From an uncultured Verrucomicrobiae bacterium (GTDB lineage: Bacteria; Verrucomicrobiota; Verrucomicrobiia; Limisphaerales; J093), in assembly GCA_937976685.1 (NCBI GenBank), contig CALJWR010000130.1, forward strand, positions 1-14,198: a stretch of 14,198 bases of DNA, written 5' to 3'. Below the pieces are notes generated by a model, which had not been told where the DNA came from, ran no database searches, and saw only the letters and a list, made by a program, of their open reading frames with translations. The translations under genes were made by a program, and so were the position numbers. Of the stretch, positions 1 through 6,199 are shown one piece after another. Within the stretch, counting starts at the first letter, position 1; every line of letters begins with the position of its first letter.

Positions 1-460
1 CAAGCAGCTCTCCGGAGGCGAAGGCGACGGTTGAGGACGCGGAAGCCGAGGTTGTTCGGTTCTATGACGGAGAGGTTCACCCTTTCCGCCTCCAGCCCGC
101 TCGTCCCACCCTTCAGAAACAACCCACCGCACAACCGGCTCCTTTACGGGCGAGTATTACCGTTACAAAAGGTAGGGCATCTATGAGTTTGGGCGTGGGA
201 GGGGCTCTAACCCACCGTTTTCGAGCACACTCCATCCGGCCCGGTGTTCACCACCGGGCCATTCGCTGACTACACCGGCTGGCGCGGAAGCTGTCCGAGC
301 AAATTGTGGTCGATGAGCGCCACGTGACCCACGTGCACGCTTATTTCCCGGATCTCTGTATCGTTCGGGATCCGAGTCGGCCGGCTCGAGGGCGGGCCTT
401 CGCAGCAACCTGGCCGCCAACGAACTCCCTGCGGATCACTGGCAACCAGGGGGGCGGATT

Positions 461-1327
461 TCACTCGCGCGATGCGATCCGTTCGCACGACCAGAAGTTG
501 TACAATGCGCACATGACGGTGAGACCGAGCCACCGCCATGGCCCGCCCCAGTTGAATGGTGAATCGCCAAGCAACGCCAGCGCCAGAACTAAGTCAATCA
601 CCGTGTACGCCAGGATCAGAACGAACCCCACCCAGTTGGCCCGCCACCTTATCGCCCAACTGGTCGCGAAGGACGTCACCCACGGCAGCACGAGCGAGGA
701 AATCAGCCAGATTGCCACCCGCCACCGCAACGGCACTGCCGCTACCGAACGCCGTGCCCGCACTATCCAGGATGGACGCCACTCCATCCGGATCGTATCG
801 CGAAACACGAACATGCCGCGGTGCGTATCATACGCGAGCAGATGCATCGCAGTGCGAAGTGTCCCGTTCGTCGTCTCAGGCGTCAGCGCCCGTCCAGCGA
901 TCACGACGTCGAGATCCACACGGCGGCCGGCGTGCAGCACCTCGTCCAGACTCGTCGCCGCGGCGAGAGCTCGGGATACATCGGACAGAAACCTCTGAAA
1001 CACCGACCGCTCCTCGACGTGCCAACCCGGAGTCGCGGCCAGCGACGCTTTCAGAATCGCGGTGATTTCGTCCCGGGGATCGTTGGCGAGGTGGGCCACA
1101 CCGATCCGGCTCCCGGGCGGCACATGCTGCGCTAGCCGCCGCGCGGCTTCCGTTGCCGTTGCTCGCCAAGCCTCGAGCTCGTCCGGTGTCGGCCTTCTCG
1201 GACGCGGACGCAGGAAGACAATCGCTTGCCAGACGAAGAATGCCAAAACGCATGACGCGAACAAACGCCAACTCCACCACCATCTCAGCCACCGCCACAT
1301 GGCTTCACCCCCTGACTCTGTTCGCAT
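461..1327 (-). CDS. Membrane protein with N-terminal TM helix, central CsgG/LpoB/TolB-N-like domain and C-terminal TM helices. Hypothetical.
   Basis: ATG at 1327 (alternative ATG at 1300 preceded by GGGGGTG; the track's 1402 start is TTG). N-terminus MWRWLRWWWSWRLFASCVLAFFVW is a hydrophobic TM. The central 'RIGVAHLANDPRDEITAILKASL...VDLDVVIAGRAL...GTLRTAMHLLAYDT' matches the alternating-hydrophobic pattern seen in the two downstream paralogs. The C-terminal ~90 aa is hydrophobic and Trp-rich. The antisense + ORF 306-998 is low-complexity and was rejected. Confidence 0.65.
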   Translation of the reverse strand: MRTESGGEAMWRWLRWWWSWRLFASCVLAFFVWQAIVFLRPRPRRPTPDELEAWRATATEAARRLAQHVPPGSRIGVAHLANDPRDEITAILKASLAATPGWHVEERSVFQRFLSDVSRALAAATSLDEVLHAGRRVDLDVVIAGRALTPETTNGTLRTAMHLLAYDTHRGMFVFRDTIRMEWRPSWIVRARRSVAAVPLRWRVAIWLISSLVLPWVTSFATSWAIRWRANWVGFVLILAYTVIDLVLALALLGDSPFNWGGPWRWLGLTVMCALYNFWSCERIASRE

Positions 1328-1359
1328 CCTACTATGCCTCTCCGAGCACCACAATACCA

Positions 1360-1400
1360 CAAACAACTTGACATAACCAAAGCAAATCTCATAGAAATAC
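1360..1400 (+). promoter_or_regulatory. Candidate sigma70-type promoter for the ESCRT-III/Vps4 operon.
   Basis: Perfect -35 TTGACA at 1368-1373, an 18-nt spacer, then TAGAAA (4/6) at 1392-1397. It sits in an AT-rich island (1340-1405) within an otherwise GC-rich sequence. A strong SD AAAGGAG lies 8 nt before the ATG at 1482. An 8-bp direct repeat GGCCGCTG (1410-1417 and 1434-1441) lies between the promoter and the SD. Confidence 0.4.
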
Positions 1401-1481
1401 AAATCAAGCGGCCGCTGGATGTCGCTTTCGGTTGGCCGCTGTCGGCCTTCAAGCTAAAATGCCATCGAAAGGAGCCATGCC

Positions 1482-2108
1482 ATGGGCCACCTCTTCAAAT
1501 CTCGGAAGGAGCGGGAACGCGAGGCGCGGCGGGAGGAACGTCGGGCGTTTCGCCAGGCGGAGAATGCCAGTGAGGACGTGAAGGACCGAATGCGGGAGAT
1601 GGAGCGCGACGCCCGCACACAGTGGGCGCAGGCACGCGAGGCCTTGAAGGCGGGCCAGAATGCGGAGGCTCAGAGGCTGCTCATTGGGTACCGAGCTCGC
1701 CTCGTTCTGATCACAAAGCTGAAGCAAAAGGTATGGGTTTTCGAGCAGTACCTTGCCAAGCTCCGTGCGGCGAAGTCCGACCAGCAATTCTCCGCCGCGT
1801 TGGGGGCGATCAACAAGGTGATGCGTATCGATCCGGATCAAGTGGCCGACGTCTTCGAAGAGGCCGAGGATCTGGTCGGCGAACAGATCGACACGGACCG
1901 GTTTTGGCAGAAACTCCACGAGAAGGAGGTTCAGGGCGCGGCGGCATCCCTGGAGGACCGGATTCCTACGGTCGAAGAGCTCAGTGTCCAGCTCCAACAG
2001 GAGGCGGCGGCGGAGGTCGGCGGCTCGGCGGCAGTGACTGGAGATCTGATTTCGGCGCGCGTGGCCGCCGGTCGCGATCGGGTGAAGAAACTGTTGGACG
2101 GAAAATGA
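1482..2108 (+). CDS. ESCRT-III (Snf7/CHMP/Vps2-24 family) protein.
   Basis: SD AAAGGAG upstream and high GC3. The 208 aa length is typical of ESCRT-III. The N-terminus MGHLFKSRKE parallels CHMP2A MDLLFGRRKT (basic helix alpha0/1). 'ALKAGQNAEAQRLLIGYRARLVLITKLKQ' parallels CHMP2A 'MAKQGQMDAVRIMAKDLVRTRRYVRKF'. 'ALGAINKVMRIDPDQVADVFEEAEDLVGEQIDTD' parallels the alpha4/5 'AMKGVTKAMG...IQKIMMEFERQAEIMDMKEE' region. The C-terminus is acidic, followed by 'DLISARVAAGRDRVKKLL', which resembles a MIM1 (DxxLxxRLxxLK/R). The stop TGA at 2106-2108 abuts the next gene. Confidence 0.75.
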   Translation: MGHLFKSRKEREREARREERRAFRQAENASEDVKDRMREMERDARTQWAQAREALKAGQNAEAQRLLIGYRARLVLITKLKQKVWVFEQYLAKLRAAKSDQQFSAALGAINKVMRIDPDQVADVFEEAEDLVGEQIDTDRFWQKLHEKEVQGAAASLEDRIPTVEELSVQLQQEAAAEVGGSAAVTGDLISARVAAGRDRVKKLLDGK

Positions 2109-3245
2109 TTGGACGCGTGGCGAAACATGAATTTCCTACTGGAGAAAAAACAGGAACACGAGAGAGCGTGTGAGCTCGCCATCCAGGGAAACCGCAGCAC
2201 GGAAGCGGTGTTTCACGCGGCCAAAGCTGCCGAGTTCGCGTTCGCGCTGGCGGAGCGCGCCGCCGATGGGATCGCGCAGCGGTATATCGAGGATGCGGAA
2301 GGCTGGCTAGAGATCGCCGAGCGTCTCCGCGCCGCTCCGTTGCCGCGTCTAGGCTCTTCTCCCAGCCGTGCCGCTCGACGGACCTCCGATGAGGCCGACG
2401 TGCTCGCCGCCGACGATTGGCTCGTCGCCTCTCGGCCCTCTGTCTCGTTCGACCAAATCGCCGGCATGGCAGACGCGAAGCAGGCCATTTTCGAGATGGT
2501 CGTGTATCCTCTCCGGGAGCCCGAGGCGGCGCGTTCCCTCGGCCTCAAGCCCGGTGGCGGTCTGCTTCTATATGGTCCACCGGGAAATGGCAAGACAATG
2601 CTGGGCAAGGCGGTCGCCCATGAATTGGACGCACCGTTTTACTATGCCTCGGGCGCCCAGATCCGATCCAAGTGGCATGGGGAATCCGAGCAAAAGCTTC
2701 GATTATTCCTCCGCACCGCAAAAGAACAGCCTGTCGCCGTCGTGTTTCTCGACGAAGTGGACGGTCTTCTGCCCCGGCGTGGCGGCAGTTCTGTCGTGGA
2801 CAACCGCATCGTGACCCAGTTTCTTGCCGAGATCGGTGGTTTTGAGGAGTCGGACAACGTGCTGCTCATCCTCGGCGCAACGAACAAGCCGTGGGAAATC
2901 GACGAAGCCGTGTTCCGCACCGGCCGGTTCGACCAGAAAATTTATGTCGGCCTGCCCGACGCCGAGGCCCGCCGCGGCATTCTCCAGATGCACTTGCAGG
3001 GCACGGCGGTTGAACCCGGGTTTTCCATCAACGACTGGGTGGACCGCTTCGACGGCTATGCTGGCAGTGACATCGTGGCCATCGTCAACGGCGCCAAACG
3101 CCGAGCCCTGGCGAGAACTGCAAGGGATCGGACCCCGCCCATCCTGTGCTCGGCGGACATCGAGGCGGCCATGGCAACGATGCCACGGTCAGTGACGCCG
3201 CGGATGTTGAAGGAATACGAGAACTTCGCGCGTCAGAGGTTTTGA
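2109..3245 (+). CDS. Vps4-like meiotic-clade AAA+ ATPase with an N-terminal MIT-like 3-helix domain and a Vps4 C-terminal helix.
   Basis: Walker A is GPPGNGKT and Walker B is VVFLDEVD. Pore loop 1 'SKWHGESE' matches the KW(M)GESE signature of Vps4/katanin/spastin. Arginine fingers sit in 'AVFRTGRFDQ'. The C-terminus 'MPRSVTPRMLKEYENFARQRF' parallels Vps4 'RPTVNEDDLLKQEQFTRDFG' (Vps4_C). The N-terminal ~75 aa 'NFLLEKKQEHERACELAIQGNRSTEAVFHAAKAAEFAFALAERA..IAQRYIEDAEGWLEIAERLR' is helical and MIT-like. The start is either TTG at 2109 (directly after TGA, with GGACGGA upstream) or ATG at 2127. Confidence 0.9.
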   Translation: MDAWRNMNFLLEKKQEHERACELAIQGNRSTEAVFHAAKAAEFAFALAERAADGIAQRYIEDAEGWLEIAERLRAAPLPRLGSSPSRAARRTSDEADVLAADDWLVASRPSVSFDQIAGMADAKQAIFEMVVYPLREPEAARSLGLKPGGGLLLYGPPGNGKTMLGKAVAHELDAPFYYASGAQIRSKWHGESEQKLRLFLRTAKEQPVAVVFLDEVDGLLPRRGGSSVVDNRIVTQFLAEIGGFEESDNVLLILGATNKPWEIDEAVFRTGRFDQKIYVGLPDAEARRGILQMHLQGTAVEPGFSINDWVDRFDGYAGSDIVAIVNGAKRRALARTARDRTPPILCSADIEAAMATMPRSVTPRMLKEYENFARQRF

Positions 3246-3246
3246 G

Positions 3247-4161
3247 ATGGAACGATGCTGTATCTGTGGCCGCGATCTGCCCAACCGGTACGCCGTGGCC
3301 GGTCGCTGCGAAGAATCGGGATGCTCCGCGCCTTTCTGTGCGCTACATTGGGACTGCGGCAACCACCGATGCCGAGCACACGGTTACCAGGAACACGATC
3401 GGCAGCCACCGACCAGGTCCGCTGCGGAGGAGGACGCGATGAGAACGCCGAACCCACCGAATCCCGACCCTGCCATCACGCCGCCCACACGGCCGCCGGA
3501 TCGCGCGAAGATCCAGGCAGCCATCCAAGAGGCGTTGACGCTGGCCCGCCGTTTGGGCACGGGCGCCGTCAGCCTCTATCGCCGGTTGCGCCACATCCGC
3601 ACGACCGAGGAGATGCTGCGCATGATCAAAGAGACCGCCTCGAAGAACGAGGCCCGCGCCGGCGAGTTGTCCGCTCGCCTGGAGAGTCTTTACAACCAAC
3701 TCATCGAGAAAAAGAAGGCCTGGGAAACCGCGCCACCCGCGCGCCGGCAGGTTCTCGAAGCGGAGTTAAAGACGTTGCTGGCCATGCACCAGGCGGCCGT
3801 GCGCGAACACGGGATCGTGCTGGAAAACCAGCGCGTGCTCGCACAGGTCCGCGGCCGCATTCTAGAAGCCGAGGCGTATGGCATGGCCGGCGTCACCGAG
3901 GCGGAGATCGACGAATGGGCCGACGTGATCGAGGCCAAAGCCGGCGACGCCGAAAACCGGCTCGACGCCCTTCGCGATCTCGAACAAGCGGGCCGACGAC
4001 GCGAGCGGGAATCGACCCACGAGGACTTTCTGAATCAGCTTTCGCAGTTCAGTGAACCGGCAGCGGCGCCCTCCTCGCCGGAAGCGACCGCGGACCGCCC
4101 GCCCCCGCTCGCTGATCCTCCAGCGGCCAATGGACTCGAGCCTCCACCGCAGGACGATTGA
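3247..4161 (+). CDS. Zinc-ribbon / Pro-rich linker / coiled-coil protein, a probable second Snf7/ESCRT-III-like paralog.
   Basis: ATG at 3247 lies 1 nt after the TGA of the AAA gene, indicating coupling. The N-terminus 'CCICGRDL...CEESGCSAPFCALHWDCGNHRCRAH' is a Cys-rich zinc ribbon, followed by a Pro-rich linker. 'ARAGELSARLESLYNQLIEKKK...LENQRVLAQVRGRILEAEAYGMAGVTEAEIDEWADVIEAKAGDAENRLDAL' parallels Snf7 '...LEQQRMALEQANTN..LKAMKQGAKAM...IDKVDDLMDDITEQQEIAQEISDAI'. The C-terminal tail is acidic and Pro-rich. The overlapping frame 3255-4055 is Arg-rich junk. Confidence 0.7.
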   Translation: MERCCICGRDLPNRYAVAGRCEESGCSAPFCALHWDCGNHRCRAHGYQEHDRQPPTRSAAEEDAMRTPNPPNPDPAITPPTRPPDRAKIQAAIQEALTLARRLGTGAVSLYRRLRHIRTTEEMLRMIKETASKNEARAGELSARLESLYNQLIEKKKAWETAPPARRQVLEAELKTLLAMHQAAVREHGIVLENQRVLAQVRGRILEAEAYGMAGVTEAEIDEWADVIEAKAGDAENRLDALRDLEQAGRRRERESTHEDFLNQLSQFSEPAAAPSSPEATADRPPPLADPPAANGLEPPPQDD

Positions 4162-4255
4162 CATCGCCCTGCCCGCCCGGTGCCACTGACGATCTCGCCG
4201 GCGCCCCTCCATAGCAAACGCGCTCCTCTGCCTCGGCGGGGCGTCTTGTCACTGG

Positions 4256-4275
4256 CTAGCGCGGGGACGCGCTAG
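4256..4275. terminator. GC-rich hairpin between convergent operons; candidate bidirectional terminator.
   Basis: Perfect inverted repeat CTAGCGCG-GGGA-CGCGCTAG (8-bp stem, 4-nt loop). It lies 95 nt after the plus-operon stop (4161) and 9 nt after the minus-operon stop (4284). No U-tract follows on either strand, which is common in high-GC genomes. Confidence 0.4.
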
Positions 4276-4283
4276 GCGCCAGC

Positions 4284-5372
4284 TCAACGGGGACGCCGAG
4301 TCGCGGCGAGCAACATGCGCAACACGATCAGCGCAATCAACACTGCGAGCGCGTACAGTACATAGATCGGGTGGCCTTTGAGCCAGAGCCAGACCTTTTC
4401 TATCACCGTATGTGGCGCCGCGATGAAATGCTCCGCGCGGGCCTCCAGCGTGTCGCTCCACACAATGCCATCGAGCGTTTGAATCTCGATCTGCACCGCC
4501 ACGCGTGCCTCGTAATTGGTGCCAGTCAAATCCGACGCTCTTTGAATGCGGCGATACAGATCGCGCACGGCCCCCCGCAATACGCCATCGGCAACCTGCG
4601 GTTGATCGCGGAGAATCAGTCGCGCTTGGCCGAGCGTCTGAACGTCCTTGTCCACCAGCGCCGCCGGGCTGGCCCGGAACATGTCTTTGACCAGACCGGT
4701 CACATAACCGTCGGTGTCGCCCGCCAGCGGCACCAGCAGTACCTTGCGGACGGATTTAATCTTTTTGGACGCAGACAGCGACTCTGCGCCTTGGTCGCTC
4801 ACCTGCCGCAAGGCCGCCCGTAGCGTCGCATCGAGATTCACCAATCCCGTCAGTTCGGGAACCAGGTAGATGCGCTTCGCGAACGTGCCACCCCAGATGT
4901 GCTGCTTGGTTTCGATAGAACTGGCGTGAACCTCTAGTTCGACGAACACGCGCTCCCGGGTCACGCTCGCCTCCCTCAAAAAAGCGTAGAGGAGTAGCTT
5001 GGCTCCCTGCAGCCGGCCGAACTTAGCGAGCGTGGCGGGGTCCAGGATGTCGGCCTTGCGCTCGCTCCACTCGATCTCCGTCAGGATTTCTTCCCATAAG
5101 GGATCCGTCTTGCCCTCGACCACATTGAGGCCGACCGCGGAGCCGGCGTTCTTCAACAGATTTTCAACATACCGGCTGGCAGTGTCGCCGGGGACCGGCA
5201 GCACGGCGATCGGCGCCGCCTTTGGAATGGGCGCCCCGGCCATCGCGGCCTGCGCTTCGCCCACGGCTTGTTGGATCGCCTGTCGGACCTCGTCGGTGAA
5301 CTCGGCGGCGAACGCCGACGCCGCCCCCACGAGCCACGCCGCCACCATCCAACGCTGCATGCTTCGCTTCAT
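4284..5372 (-). CDS. Exported protein with two tandem CsgG/LpoB/TolB-N-like domains and a C-terminal TM anchor.
   Basis: SD AAAGGAG lies 9 nt upstream of the ATG at 5372. The signal peptide is MKRSMQRWMVAAWLVGAASAFA|AE. Repeat 1 is 'IAVLPVPGDTASRYVENLLKNAGSAVGLNVVE...AKLLLYAFL' and repeat 2 is 'VLLVPLAGDTDGYVTGLVKDMFRASPAALVDKD...'. This 'hhVLPh.G......h...L...L......hV' pattern is typical of the CsgG/LpoB/FlgO fold. The C-terminus 'IYVLYALAVLIALIVLRMLLAA' is a TM helix. Confidence 0.8.
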   Translation of the reverse strand: MKRSMQRWMVAAWLVGAASAFAAEFTDEVRQAIQQAVGEAQAAMAGAPIPKAAPIAVLPVPGDTASRYVENLLKNAGSAVGLNVVEGKTDPLWEEILTEIEWSERKADILDPATLAKFGRLQGAKLLLYAFLREASVTRERVFVELEVHASSIETKQHIWGGTFAKRIYLVPELTGLVNLDATLRAALRQVSDQGAESLSASKKIKSVRKVLLVPLAGDTDGYVTGLVKDMFRASPAALVDKDVQTLGQARLILRDQPQVADGVLRGAVRDLYRRIQRASDLTGTNYEARVAVQIEIQTLDGIVWSDTLEARAEHFIAAPHTVIEKVWLWLKGHPIYVLYALAVLIALIVLRMLLAATRRPR

Positions 5373-5402
5373 CGGAATGACTCCTTTTAATGGCCCGGTT
5401 CG

Positions 5403-6167
5403 TCACCGGGGCTCGATGCCCAATTCGCGATAGTTTGCCAGACGGTTCAGAATCCCCTCGGGCACATCCCGACGGATATAGAGAATCCGGAACACCAGTT
5501 CGCGGCTGCCAAGGTCCTGACGAACCAGTCTGCACCATTTGATGCCCGGGATTGTCGAGACAACTTCGATAAAGCGCTGGGCATAGCGTGCGGCGTCGCT
5601 GCCGGGGAACAGCCGCCACGGCCGGGATATCACGATGTCGGCCGCCGCGAAATCGCCTATGCCGGACGTCACCGTTCGGACCGTCCACTCCGCGGCGGCG
5701 GCGCCCATCTTGTCGCCCAGCGACTGCAAGGCTAGATCTTCTCCCAAACGGCGGTCACCGCGAGCGTTGATGACCTCGCGCCCCAGCACCTGCCCGTCAT
5801 GCGGACGCGTCACGAGGGCATTCGCCGTCCCCTCGAACACGAAATAATTCCCGCTGCGATCGAACAGCGTGTAGTTCACGGCCACGTTGACATCGACATC
5901 GGGATCCCGGCGGTTGAGAGCGAAGGCCTTCTCCGCCAGGCCGTCCTCGATGCGCAGCCGCACCCGCTCGGCGACCGGAGATTTGCCCGTCACGGCTACG
6001 GCGATGTTTAGGTGTGCCACCTCGCGCAGACTGGCCTTGACACCGCCGATCTCGTCGGTCGCGTCCGGCCTGCGCTCCCGACCGAATGTGGCGCAACCGC
6101 CGGCGAGCATCCCAGCCATGCCCGCGACGACCGCGCGTCCAATCATGCGTCGCATCACTTCGTTCAT
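5403..6167 (-). CDS. Lipoprotein with CsgG/LpoB-like domain.
   Basis: SD AAGGAG lies 6 nt upstream of the ATG at 6167. The signal peptide plus lipobox is MNEVMRRMIGRAVVAGMAGMLAGG|C. 'LNIAVAVTGKSPVAERVRLRIEDGLAEKAFALN...VNVAVNYTLFDRSGNYFVFEGTANALVTR' has the same fold signature as the neighbouring paralogs. A 30-nt gap separates it from the downstream gene. Confidence 0.8.
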   Translation of the reverse strand: MNEVMRRMIGRAVVAGMAGMLAGGCATFGRERRPDATDEIGGVKASLREVAHLNIAVAVTGKSPVAERVRLRIEDGLAEKAFALNRRDPDVDVNVAVNYTLFDRSGNYFVFEGTANALVTRPHDGQVLGREVINARGDRRLGEDLALQSLGDKMGAAAAEWTVRTVTSGIGDFAAADIVISRPWRLFPGSDAARYAQRFIEVVSTIPGIKWCRLVRQDLGSRELVFRILYIRRDVPEGILNRLANYRELGIEPR

Positions 6168-6199
6168 GGGTTCTCCTTCCAGCGGGACTGGCCCCGCCG

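Noticed and set aside
306-998. 230-aa + ORF (and 556-1065, 821-1135 +) overlapping the 461-1327 membrane-protein gene.
   Set aside because: It is low-complexity (RSTRRPACSTSSRLVAAARARD). The minus-strand frame has TM helices and a domain paralogous to two other genes in the window.
1482-2108. Alternative interpretation of the ESCRT-III-like gene as PspA/Vipp1 (the usual bacterial member of the superfamily).
   Set aside because: PspA/Vipp1 proteins are ~220-260 aa and lack the MxxLFxxRK N-terminus and a MIM-like C-terminus. They are not partnered with a Vps4-like MIT-AAA ATPase. The residue-level parallels here are to CHMP/Snf7. An HMM comparison is still needed to be certain.
3255-4055. 266-aa + ORF in an alternative frame of the ZnR-Snf7-like gene.
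   Set aside because: It is an Arg/Gly-rich nonsense translation. The 3247 frame has the zinc ribbon, the coiled coil and a 1-nt coupling to the upstream stop.
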